A stretch of DNA of 64,000 bases from Giardia intestinalis (lineage: Eukaryota). The notes below the pieces were generated by a model that ran no database searches, was not told the origin of the DNA, and saw nothing but the letters and a program-made list of their open reading frames with translations. Of this stretch, positions 21,801-29,468 are shown piece after piece; positions within the stretch are counted from its first letter, which is position 1; each line of letters starts with the position of its first letter. The position numbers were made by a program, and so were the translations under genes. The stretch lies in NCBI GenBank assembly GCA_000002435.2, contig CM018791.1; one strand, written 5' to 3'.

Positions 21801-23514
21801 GATGAGAGGGGAAATGATAGAGCTTAGTTTCATTGATGCTCCCCATTTGTACCTCTAGCTTGTTTTGCACCTCTGGAGCCATGCACTCAATGCTGCCAAC
21901 CCGCCCACTGGGGTAGCGGTAGAGTGTGGAGAGTCCAAAATCAAATATCTTGATGGCGTGAGTCACTGGGTTTATCAGTATTGTCTCCAGCGAAAGGTAA
22001 CGAAATACGATTCGCTTAGTGTCATGGAGCCACTCCAAAAGCCCAAGAAGCTGCAGTATAATGGTCCAGATGATGTACTCGGGTAGCTGCTGTTTCTGCT
22101 CACGATTATACTTTATGAACTCGTCCAGGAAGACCATGTTGCTGAGCTGGGGCTTACCAATTTGATGCTGCTCGAAGCACATATCGCTGTTATCATAGAT
22201 AAATAAAATACGTCCCGTTGTGCTGCTATATATGCTGCAAATACAGGGTATTACTGCAGGATGTTCCAGACCTTTCTGATATAAAATATGCTCGTGCGCT
22301 GTGGCAACAATTGTGTTGCCTGTATCATCCTCCACGCGTATCTCCTTTGCCCAAAAGAGTGCGCCACTAGTGTGCTTTTTAACTATCACGTGCGTTCCTG
22401 TCCTATTCCTATACAATCTGCGGATAACCTTGTATTGAAGCACAGCGTCATCGCAAGTACACTCCTTGAGGTAATCAAGAACAATGTTAGTCGTTTCGGA
22501 GAGATATCGCCGAATAGCAGCCACAACAGGGGTTGCAAGAAGCAGACTAGCAGAGGCTCTGTTCTGAGGATTAACCTGGAGCATAAGACGGAGAGTGTGA
22601 TGTAGATCTTGGCTGTATGGGGTTGTGTCCTTTGATGAGCGACAGGCTAAACTGATGCTGGTTATGAATTCTTGCACATATATAGGGTTCCTAGCGTCTT
22701 TGGCGGCCTCTATCCTAGAAGAGGACGGCTTTGGGCAAAGAGGACCAATGGACTCTAACGTAACAGGGACTAGATTAGCAGTAGCAGGATTGGGTAGATT
22801 ATTTGTAACATTGTGCTCTTCCTCCCATTGAAGGGCGTCTGTAATTAGTGGAACTAAGGTGCATAGCTCATAAATGACAGCCCCCAGCGCCCAGATGTCA
22901 ACCCCCTCTTTATACTCTTTGCGCGCAAGCATCTCTGGAGACAGGTAATTCCTGCTTCCACAGAGTTGCTTAAGAAAGTCGTCTTTATACTTTTCCTTTG
23001 CAATACCAAAGTCAGTGAGCATACCGACGTAATTAGAATCCATCAATATATTGTCAGGTTTTATTGATCTGTGCACACAGCTCTTTTCTATGTTATACGT
23101 CTCGAGGTATGCCAACGCCTCCAAAACGCCAACTAGCACCTTCCAAATGATGTCTTCTGGGACGCGCTTCTTATTGGCGCGTGCTCGACGCATGTAAACG
23201 CTCAGTGGGCCATTTGGGCAGTATTGCATCACGTGATAAATCTTGTGTTCATCCTCGGCATAGAAGGTTTCTATGACTTGCGGAATCCGGGGGCAGTGAA
23301 GAGCCGTCAGCATATGTATCTCATTCAGCATTACCATATACATGGGCTTATCGAGCTTGGCGCATTGAAATTCCTTTACCACGACTTGAGAGTACTTTAG
23401 GTCTTTCGCCTTTGGCTGGGCCAAGAGTACCCGTCCACTAGCTCCTGTATGGAGTATTTTAAGGCACTTGTACTTGGCATCAAAAGTTGCGCGAGAAAAG
23501 CTGTCGACGTCCAT
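15823..23514 (-). CDS. Giant protein, 2563 aa, with about seven tandem protein-kinase-like domains of NEK-like fold, all with degenerate catalytic motifs (poly-pseudokinase)
   Basis: Recurring kinase subdomain strings include VHRSIKPDNILMD…DFGIAKE…DIWALGAVIYEL; …IFDFGLST…CMAPEV…DLWSLGCVMY; …YSAPEKL…DIWALGCILYKL; …YLAPEVL…SDIWAAGATLFEM; …DFWCLGVLLFTL; …DTWSVGAVLYEMATL; and VHRNIRPEALF…IFDFCLAKT…YMAPEVL…CDIWSLGSVLYELCTL. ATG at 23512-23514. Confidence 0.85.
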   Translation of the reverse strand: MDVDSFSRATFDAKYKCLKILHTGASGRVLLAQPKAKDLKYSQVVVKEFQCAKLDKPMYMVMLNEIHMLTALHCPRIPQVIETFYAEDEHKIYHVMQYCPNGPLSVYMRRARANKKRVPEDIIWKVLVGVLEALAYLETYNIEKSCVHRSIKPDNILMDSNYVGMLTDFGIAKEKYKDDFLKQLCGSRNYLSPEMLARKEYKEGVDIWALGAVIYELCTLVPLITDALQWEEEHNVTNNLPNPATANLVPVTLESIGPLCPKPSSSRIEAAKDARNPIYVQEFITSISLACRSSKDTTPYSQDLHHTLRLMLQVNPQNRASASLLLATPVVAAIRRYLSETTNIVLDYLKECTCDDAVLQYKVIRRLYRNRTGTHVIVKKHTSGALFWAKEIRVEDDTGNTIVATAHEHILYQKGLEHPAVIPCICSIYSSTTGRILFIYDNSDMCFEQHQIGKPQLSNMVFLDEFIKYNREQKQQLPEYIIWTIILQLLGLLEWLHDTKRIVFRYLSLETILINPVTHAIKIFDFGLSTLYRYPSGRVGSIECMAPEVQNKLEVQMGSINETKLYHFPSHHTYTNKCDLWSLGCVMYRMMTYLPFYSRYFNRAKASYGHLKNITFDNKFVFSYTPYSKTLETTVRLLLVKDPEARYGASQLLKKISLSWLEKSIFGSPTSIEQRSLSSSYSLEAVLADTPLFQEFVLLSTEVTGATEYSLAFQSLQFTDLTINRSQPEDKRFVARALRISPENFISGDLSPYVLSQIKFSRLLTDDCFVPVIDTFFDPQLGLILVYDCNPAMSLSSLCEQRFQHNHTFLEQEIWSIMAQVLVAVAKAHSFSSNGLRLGSIYLTNLTPDSIFIGLDGSVRVLLTGHAQEHEQAGSLSATFAGAIPYSAPEKLGLIGQPSIGIDGFNEKNDIWALGCILYKLCSDGRSFYDEYNEHRSTVISSKQIRILIEGFIQWSDSLIKFMELMLTVLPTERPSADVLLEYPYLTKAILPYIGPFPLVLTQKKFDRRYLVLDQFMDETLLSADGDLLSHEDMSVMNLSKTTSTSELPHPSVDPLMAQQTQQLSTCTIDTSTTVSLKVTLKKDETKHFMVKEFPVNKLLPLSVQELCEVITAMRTLSCDLLEKPVDSFIDNSYVYVITEYAHDFPLSTLLQLNREQRAYIPERTIWKVACMLLSVIQHACDHNYIYGAISPANILLISSGKASEPESPDYASLRSDYSAILSDYSMAHLYGDHFTRTILPNYEPYLAPEVLAGKSTSDIFFTKTSDIWAAGATLFEMCFNISFSQYLMENESAASALRLGKQFKVPVAPYSRELIEMIRMMLVVDSSRRQTAQQLLHRFSSIFSAVGTVGLSNFVLPFPIPCRNLNQYSTLKVISEDKDNGCSLLKVRRTAQSATPTALTLTRNRSIQPSYDYDPDSDDTVYFCQEVKLVPKNQRIIHQLLLLGASLFFYQQKAVSAVEHPRPTSSKQTGLEFPFLANLVDVYDDLKRGCMCLITEATDDGTVDDLLVTLRASSTGLSQAQFFVICDQLMQALERVYMPVPFYVATMPKPLNLKFCHGGLLSSNVMLLSKGSIKLNIFHALYSLGLPVSAQTKAILGDAYVDSYATIDYNLDFWCLGVLLFTLYTHKAFCTALSSYLSNKNTKGSLRQQPELSSTILQTLQTTPLEELIDFSLPIYLNHLKATKEHINVTKIIRMLFCGTTDPLADLFSMRCIINPELAKIESLVEEKLNEDEAAVDLSASGKIEEDAPLQAQHSLSFADSRKLTLRDDTSELVDSVIHRSNINSTEPSTQTLLVGVTENSLLAGKELEKEQDRYSSTPALEHLEPQVEQSKEEEEQDKLIKLVKKKFGSSVLRSKYIIMTDEESSTLHGDTILVRPLNASIAAKELFRCQYIDLLNIKPPELRNAIILETQLLLSFNHPNIHRFIDAFYDKEVKKLCVISERLSDFTLADVLLLYSDANKPVEEYSIWKCAEELLAALSYIQEFKNSQGQVGTFANLAISPNNLRFCFTDDSEIRIGTLKLCDFTCCVYLGDPTGSQELNSQTAILSTDDMYMSQDALRTKYGYRQTYDALLQDTWSVGAVLYEMATLKQVYATFFNADMACYDVSCIDINFKHDIWAAPRNYTPALNTLISVMLKEQTKVTLLAAMTAASDTLQNMRLLNSKMPKRRLRDDYEILDFLCDMNISKLYKIKNLLNGHILTCKETRFTSIDAYVVQLLDSETTILRKVMHENIAPLLDYFYDGDQYSAYIITEFFVFGNVASLITRYLEKGAPVPEATIWGIACETLKGLEYLHSTEKAELTGLKVVHRNIRPEALFLTKDGKVHIFDFCLAKTISSPGARHGTIKDRIYASAGTIGYMAPEVLAMQSTDQDQSPATDGYDEKCDIWSLGSVLYELCTLRPLADDFPMLKQTGHGFTGVTSIQPTGLDLSNVSTDADGTVYSVELLTFINLLLLPSPRTRLGAKDLLQVPEIKALWATPDTSNDDDPEGVVVYAPMLGTGTVGNDGDSGLNMPSISGAGFPFPQESPHGLTKTVDTEIKAYRVERTEESESGISVAGIRPSL

Positions 23515-23593
23515 GTCTCGGCGTTCTCTTGTGCGCAGAGACTAAAATTTTATTGCCAACTCCTTTTAACAGCACAAGAGAGTCAGGATTGCC
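23515..23593. promoter_or_regulatory. 79-bp divergent promoter region shared by the giant pseudokinase gene (-) and the coiled-coil/ankyrin gene (+)
   Basis: The two ATGs face away from each other 79 bp apart. The spacer contains the A/T stretch gactaaaattttattg. Confidence 0.5.
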
Positions 23594-26500
23594 ATGGATC
23601 AAGACAAGCAGGGAGAGTTCGAAAGCTGCGATGAGACAGCAAGCATCCAAGTTGAGACACCGTCGCTGGTGGAGACTCCCGATATTCAGTTTACCATAGT
23701 AGAGAGATCTACACTTGAGCAGGCTTCTTCTGGGGTATCCTTTAGTGTTTCCAGCATCTCGGTTGAAACTCCGTCCCTCAATGTTCAGGAATCTATAACC
23801 AGTGCGTCTGAGGTGCTTTCCACACCAGCCACTATTGACCAAGTGTGTCCTCGTTCTGCACAGTCTCCAGCCGCACCACTTAGCATACTATCATTCAAAA
23901 ATACTAACCTTCGTCCGCTACCACCAAATGACAGTCGTTTTAGCGCTTCCAGCTCCACTGCTCTGCTTCCGGACCCCTCTCTCACAGGTGGTTCTGACAG
24001 CAGGACATCGCGATCATCACTCCTTCCTCGTGAAAGCATTTCAGTTAATACAATTACTGAAGAGAATAGCAAAAGTACGCAAAGCCTGGTCTCGCTTGGA
24101 GAGGTTTTGGAAGGGCCTATCAATTCCCAGCCCTTGGATGATGATCGCTTTCGGACGTATCCATTTGTAGATGTTGAACGGCAGATGCTATCGAATAAGA
24201 TAGAAGCTCTAGAATCTGAGCTTCTTCTAGCTAGGAGCGAAGCAGATGAGCTTATGCTCCAATTAGAGATAGAGAGGCACCAATTTGAACTTATTTCTCA
24301 GTGTCTTTGCCAAACCCTAACTACGGAACGGGCCATTTCTCCTATGTTGATCCCCTCCCCTTCAAATGCCGTGGAACCCCCTGCCGCCTATGCAGATGTT
24401 GACGTTCAAACCATTAGTAACAATGAGACAATGGTTGAGCTTAACAAGCAAGAATATGAGTCCTTTATGGTCATCGCTATGAAGCTCCAAGATGAAAATA
24501 GCACCCTCTGGGAACAGGTTTCGTCCAAAGATAAAACCATAGCTCTCACGACTGAGGCCGTTGATACACTCACAGATGACGTAAAGCATTTGACTGACCA
24601 GCTTTCGATAATTGGCGAGACTAATCTCTCATTGCAGATTGCTTTGCAAGAGAAGGCTTCAATTATAGAGCAATATGAATTAGAGCGAGCAAAGGCTGCA
24701 CTCTCTGATAGCTGTCAACAAACAGACAACCCAGAGTGTGTTTCAAAAGAGGTCTCTGCAACCGAACCGGTAGAGCTCCCCCTTAGGGCAGATGTAGAGC
24801 AACAAACAAGCCTTACATCAACTCAGTCATCTGAGTTATCGGGTGATGCACATTCCGTACACGATGAACCTAAGGATATGACAGGCACTCCTTTGAAGGC
24901 TCTAGCTGAGATCAGCGAACAGATCTCTGTCAAGAAGGAAGAATTAGTAGGAGTTATGGCAAAAATAGACGCTCTTGGGTCGTGGTATAGCAAAGAAGTA
25001 GAGAGGTTGGAGGGCATTAAGTACGTCCAGAGTGAAGCAGATAGCTTGCTTACTGCATCGAAGCAGGAAGGCAAACAGTCAACCTTGTTAGAATTTGCAG
25101 GAAGCGTCCTACCAGCTCCGTCTCACGATGGAAGCCGTGAATCTCGAACAATAACACGCCTCATTGAGGTGCTAAACTTTCAGCCATACAAAGACTCCTG
25201 TACTTCCGGTGATCTATCTGATTGTATTCTTACTTATGCGTCCGAAGTTTTGCCGCACATAGTAGACATACAGCGCATGTTACGGGCCCTGCAGAAGGAG
25301 TACTATGCGTATCTAGAGCAGCTAAGGGCGGATACGAAGACTATTGCAACTCTAAGCGCCGATAATGAGGTCCTTCGTGCTGCCAATGCAAGCCTCCAAG
25401 AATCTGTTGAGGCCCTAAAGGCGCAAGTAGATTCTGATGGGCTAACTAAGAATGATCTTCCCACGGAAAAGGATATTCCACTTCATAGCGCCTCAGTTAA
25501 CACAAGGACCCCAGCTAATGGTCTTCTCGGTCAGTTACTACCATTTCTAAACGATGAGCTCACGAAAAAGAAGGCTCTAAACATCGATGCACTTGAAAAA
25601 ACAATTAGCAAGCAAACAGAGCTCCCACTCTCACGTACTTTAAGGCCAGACCTTTCAAAGATGGCGGACGACTTTTCTGTTTCGGCCGATGTGTCGCTAA
25701 CTGAAGACTCAATGAATCAGCTGCGAGAAATGATCGATGCAAATGATCAGCCTACACACGAGCATGGGGCTTCCAGGTGGAAGGACTACGAGCCACTTTT
25801 GATAGCCATGCAAGCCAGGCACCAAGCCAAACGATCTCTGACGCGTGATATAGATGTTGTATCTGGCCAGCCAGACTACAAGTTGCACTATTTGCGTAGC
25901 AAGTTGGACGCCTTTATGCTCCGACACCAGGTGTTAAAGATCTTTAATGTGCTAGGAACTCTTTTGGAGGAGAACAATTTGCAGCAAGGATCCAAAGACT
26001 CCTTTTGCTCTACTGACCTATCTAAGCTCATCGAGGTCTTAGACCACAAAACCAGGCGTGTGAATGAGCTGGAGACAATTCTTCTAGCTCTCTATCAGCA
26101 GTCGACACACTTTTTCCGAACCTATAGGAGTGTGCTGGACATGGCCACTGTCTCTCTCATTAAGCAAGACTCGTTATTGATGCACAGCGATATGGGTGCA
26201 ATAAGCATGATATTGCTGCATGCAAAGGTTTGCTTGGAAAACTCGAGTAACGAGACAATTAAGGACGCAGTTCTAAGAGCGTTTAATGAGCAACCGTGCT
26301 CACAAATCACACCCAATTCTCATGCGAATGTACTTGCTTCTGCAGACCTTCTAGATGGTAACAAGGAACCAACCAATCCCTTGACAATGACAGTATTGCA
26401 AACTAACCCAGAGCCAAGCTTGCGGTCTCTACTGCAAACAGATATACGACCATCGTTTTTGTTATCCCACTGTGATCCTGCGGCATCTCAAGGTCAGATA

Positions 26501-27559
26501 CCGGAGGATACGTCTAAACATACTCCCCTAATGCGGGCGGTTATAGAAGGAAACTACAGCAGCATAACAGCCGCCCTCATAACCAAGTACGCTTGCAAGC
26601 AGGACGGTGCAGGCATGACTGCTCTGATGCACGCGGTGGTGCATCGAAGGTTCGGCCTCATATCAAAGTTGGCAGCGGCAGAGGCAGGCATGGCTCTACC
26701 AGATGGCCGCACTGCACTATTCCTAGCGATTGAATTGAAGTACATGGACATAGCGGAGGAGCTTCGGCCATACGAGGGTATCCCAGTAGCCAGAATCCCT
26801 GTTCTGCACAGAGAGCAGAAACATGCGCATACAAAGAAGGGTGCTCAATCTAGAAGAGAGTCACTTGGGTCTTCCAATTTGGAGACAGGTCATGGGGGAA
26901 AAGTCACCGGGCTTACCAACTTAATGGCAGCGGCTGAGAAGAACGACCTAGTGACTGTTTGGATATTAATTCCCAATGAGGGATGCATACAAGACTCCAG
27001 GGGGCGGACAGCGCTCATGTATGCGGCTTACGCTGGCAATCTGCGAGTCGTGGAACTCCTCCTGCAGTTCGAGGCCCGCATGCAAGACTCGAACGGATGC
27101 ACAGCCCTAATGTATGCAGTGCAGGCGGGAAACATCGAGATAGTTAAGCTCTTAGCAAGTACAGAGGCACGCATCATCAACAACACATTTTCAACCGCCC
27201 TGATGATGGCTGCTCGTCTTAAAAGTGAGCAAATGATGAACGTATTGGCTCCACTGGAGTGTGGTATTCAGGGTTACAGCTCTAGTACCGCACGCCTTTT
27301 ACCGATGTCTCCCAGAGCGCGAAGAGGATCTATAAACCCTCAGAACTTCTTCACGGCTGATGCAAATGGATCAGGAGTGACAGCGTTAATGATTTCTGCG
27401 AATGTAGGATTTAAATATGGGGTGTCACTTCTTCTGAATGAAGAGTTGTCCCTTCGAGACAGAAACGGGTACAGCGCCTACGACTATGCCGTTTATGGTA
27501 AAGGTGACGGGCACTTACAAAAAGAAATAGCACATTTACTGCGAGAAGAGGTGAACTAG
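23594..27559 (+). CDS. Coiled-coil plus ankyrin-repeat protein, 1321 aa (Giardia 'protein 21.1' type)
   Basis: The N-terminal two-thirds is heptad-rich coiled coil. The C-terminus carries at least five ankyrin repeats (GMTALMHAVVHRRFGLISKL, GRTALFLAIELKYMDIAEEL, GRTALMYAAYAGNLRVVELLL, GCTALMYAVQAGNIEIVKLL, GVTALMISANVGFKYGVSLLL). Confidence 0.8.
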   Translation: MDQDKQGEFESCDETASIQVETPSLVETPDIQFTIVERSTLEQASSGVSFSVSSISVETPSLNVQESITSASEVLSTPATIDQVCPRSAQSPAAPLSILSFKNTNLRPLPPNDSRFSASSSTALLPDPSLTGGSDSRTSRSSLLPRESISVNTITEENSKSTQSLVSLGEVLEGPINSQPLDDDRFRTYPFVDVERQMLSNKIEALESELLLARSEADELMLQLEIERHQFELISQCLCQTLTTERAISPMLIPSPSNAVEPPAAYADVDVQTISNNETMVELNKQEYESFMVIAMKLQDENSTLWEQVSSKDKTIALTTEAVDTLTDDVKHLTDQLSIIGETNLSLQIALQEKASIIEQYELERAKAALSDSCQQTDNPECVSKEVSATEPVELPLRADVEQQTSLTSTQSSELSGDAHSVHDEPKDMTGTPLKALAEISEQISVKKEELVGVMAKIDALGSWYSKEVERLEGIKYVQSEADSLLTASKQEGKQSTLLEFAGSVLPAPSHDGSRESRTITRLIEVLNFQPYKDSCTSGDLSDCILTYASEVLPHIVDIQRMLRALQKEYYAYLEQLRADTKTIATLSADNEVLRAANASLQESVEALKAQVDSDGLTKNDLPTEKDIPLHSASVNTRTPANGLLGQLLPFLNDELTKKKALNIDALEKTISKQTELPLSRTLRPDLSKMADDFSVSADVSLTEDSMNQLREMIDANDQPTHEHGASRWKDYEPLLIAMQARHQAKRSLTRDIDVVSGQPDYKLHYLRSKLDAFMLRHQVLKIFNVLGTLLEENNLQQGSKDSFCSTDLSKLIEVLDHKTRRVNELETILLALYQQSTHFFRTYRSVLDMATVSLIKQDSLLMHSDMGAISMILLHAKVCLENSSNETIKDAVLRAFNEQPCSQITPNSHANVLASADLLDGNKEPTNPLTMTVLQTNPEPSLRSLLQTDIRPSFLLSHCDPAASQGQIPEDTSKHTPLMRAVIEGNYSSITAALITKYACKQDGAGMTALMHAVVHRRFGLISKLAAAEAGMALPDGRTALFLAIELKYMDIAEELRPYEGIPVARIPVLHREQKHAHTKKGAQSRRESLGSSNLETGHGGKVTGLTNLMAAAEKNDLVTVWILIPNEGCIQDSRGRTALMYAAYAGNLRVVELLLQFEARMQDSNGCTALMYAVQAGNIEIVKLLASTEARIINNTFSTALMMAARLKSEQMMNVLAPLECGIQGYSSSTARLLPMSPRARRGSINPQNFFTADANGSGVTALMISANVGFKYGVSLLLNEELSLRDRNGYSAYDYAVYGKGDGHLQKEIAHLLREEVN

Positions 27560-27567
27560 AATAGGCT

Positions 27568-28239
27568 TCATTGGCCCAAAAACGCTAGTATGCTATCCTT
27601 CACTTTGCGGAGTACATTCAGCTTATCTTGAAGCGCCTTTTTAATAATTTTATTGCTATGTTCTTGCATTAGCTTTTTGTACGTTTCTAGCGTCTCTGTT
27701 AGTGCATTGCAATTCGGCAAAGGCGACTTCACGAGAAATTCGGCCCCTGGAGTATCTCTCAGCAAAGTCAAAAGTTGTTTCATCTCGTATGAGTCTGAGC
27801 TGATCTCGACGGATGCTTCGACAAATTCCTTTGTCTCTGCGTCCAATGTAAAGGCCTTAAAGTCCAATATACCAAACTCTAGCATATATGGGTCTAGCGT
27901 CAATAGGAAAACAAAATCAACAACGCAGTTACCTTCTACGAGGTTTCTGACGCAGTTCTTGCATGTGTTTTGAAACGTATCGTCACGAAGGTAGAGGTGG
28001 TCCGGAACCGTCACAAAGTAAGCCACAGGGTCGCTGTCACCGCACAATGCACGGAGAGTCGACTGCAGAGGGGCCGTGTTGTCCCCTAGACGTGAGACCT
28101 GAAGGAATTCACTGGCTCGCGTCTCGGTTTCTGAGGATCGTGCCCCTAAGAGAACTCCATAGGCTGTGCCTGGAATGCTCTTTGTCGCACTCCCAACTAG
28201 TTGAAATACAACGTCTATATCAAGCGTCAGTGTGCACAT
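27568..28239 (-). CDS. Hypothetical protein, 223 aa, possibly a non-catalytic MPN (Mov34)-domain protein
   Basis: ATG at 28237-28239. The N-terminus …VVFQLVGSATKSIPGTAYGVLLGARSSETETRASEFLQVS resembles the Rpn8/eIF3/CSN MPN core (…VVGVLLGS…), but no JAMM HxH motif is visible. Confidence 0.45.
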   Translation of the reverse strand: MCTLTLDIDVVFQLVGSATKSIPGTAYGVLLGARSSETETRASEFLQVSRLGDNTAPLQSTLRALCGDSDPVAYFVTVPDHLYLRDDTFQNTCKNCVRNLVEGNCVVDFVFLLTLDPYMLEFGILDFKAFTLDAETKEFVEASVEISSDSYEMKQLLTLLRDTPGAEFLVKSPLPNCNALTETLETYKKLMQEHSNKIIKKALQDKLNVLRKVKDSILAFLGQ

Positions 28240-28326
28240 ATCAGCTGTGTTTTTCGTTGCCTCATTAGGATATGTGAAATTTTAACAAAACTTTGTGAAC
28301 TGATAACTGATTTTATTACATGTTAC
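28240..28326. promoter_or_regulatory. 87-bp AT-rich divergent promoter region between the MPN-like gene (-) and the hypothetical 348-aa gene (+)
   Basis: The spacer sequence gaaattttaacaaaactttgtgaactgataactgattttattacatgttac lies between two diverging ATGs. Confidence 0.45.
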
Positions 28327-29370
28327 ATGTCGGGTAAGCCTGGACAAACCATTACAGGCCACTCACAGTCACGTTTACAGCGGACCGTCGCACAAAAGGG
28401 TGAAGCTAACGAATCTAAAGCCAACCCGTCCTATCTAGATAAGCTTCCCAATGACATGTTGATCAATCTGTACAATCCTACTAAGCAGAAACAACGGCAA
28501 CCACCTGCAGATATTCATGCCTTGATATTTTCTCGGCTGAGGGAGATAGACCGGCAGTATCATAGGGAGACGAGCGCCGAGATTGTAAAGGACCTGCAGG
28601 AGCTCGTCAATCAGAACCCTCAGGCCTTATCTCTGAACGATGCACACTCTAGTCTAGATCAACAGCATGACAGAATAACTAAGAAATCTAACAGTAAGGT
28701 GAAAAGACCCATCTCTGCAAAGCCGCAGAAAACCCCGTTTGCAATCACAAATTCCTCTGGAGAGACAAGGACAAAAAACAGGGGTGCTCAGGCCAAACTT
28801 TCCCAGTTATTTGGTGACGACTATGTTGGCTCCGGGGCTTCCATCAGCCTTACTGAGGTATCTGACTATCTTACCGGTAAAACCGAATTAATGCAGAAGA
28901 ACGTGAGTAGATGCATTGCAGAATACACTAAGAAGAAACAAGCTGATGCTTTTGAAGTAAAGCTAACAAAGCTAGCACCCCCTGTAGCTCCCTCGAAGAG
29001 TAGGCAGACCCAATCCATAAACCTTGTGGGCAGTCTGAACTACAATGACATGGAGGCGCATATAAGTAGCAAAGCAATCATGAGCGATGACATAGAGTGT
29101 ACTACACTTTCGTTAGCAGACTTCCACGATCAAATTTTCCACAATGGATACTCCAAAAGCTCCGCATGTCGGTCCAGCGCCGGAGAGACATTGGACGAGC
29201 CTGCAGAAAAGGTGAGGGTGATCCTACACGGAAACCTCCTGGGTCCAGTAGAAAGGGAAAAGAGGCTCTTAGAAAGCAAAAGAAGACTCCTTCTTCAGGC
29301 ATTAAAGCGCACAAACAGCTACACAGAAAAGGAGGTGATAACAAAGAAGTTACAGCACATGATGAACTAG
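28327..29370 (+). CDS. Hypothetical protein, 348 aa, basic with a C-terminal coiled coil
   Basis: The track start at 28201 is a TTG inside the upstream gene. The first in-frame ATG is at 28327 (MSGKPGQ…). The ORF ends …LESKRRLLLQALKRTNSYTEKEVITKKLQHMMN. Confidence 0.5.
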   Translation: MSGKPGQTITGHSQSRLQRTVAQKGEANESKANPSYLDKLPNDMLINLYNPTKQKQRQPPADIHALIFSRLREIDRQYHRETSAEIVKDLQELVNQNPQALSLNDAHSSLDQQHDRITKKSNSKVKRPISAKPQKTPFAITNSSGETRTKNRGAQAKLSQLFGDDYVGSGASISLTEVSDYLTGKTELMQKNVSRCIAEYTKKKQADAFEVKLTKLAPPVAPSKSRQTQSINLVGSLNYNDMEAHISSKAIMSDDIECTTLSLADFHDQIFHNGYSKSSACRSSAGETLDEPAEKVRVILHGNLLGPVEREKRLLESKRRLLLQALKRTNSYTEKEVITKKLQHMMN

Positions 29371-29468
29371 GTATTGCGGACCTAAAAGGTAAATCTACCC
29401 GGTATCTGGATCTAATTTTGGTCTGTTTCCTTTTAAAATCATTTGGGAGCTTGAGGTGCTTTCGGCAC

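Noticed and set aside
27568-28239. Calling the 223-aa protein a specific proteasome-lid, CSN or eIF3 subunit.
   Set aside because: Only a weak GVLLG-type MPN core resemblance is visible and no JAMM motif. That is insufficient to name a subunit.
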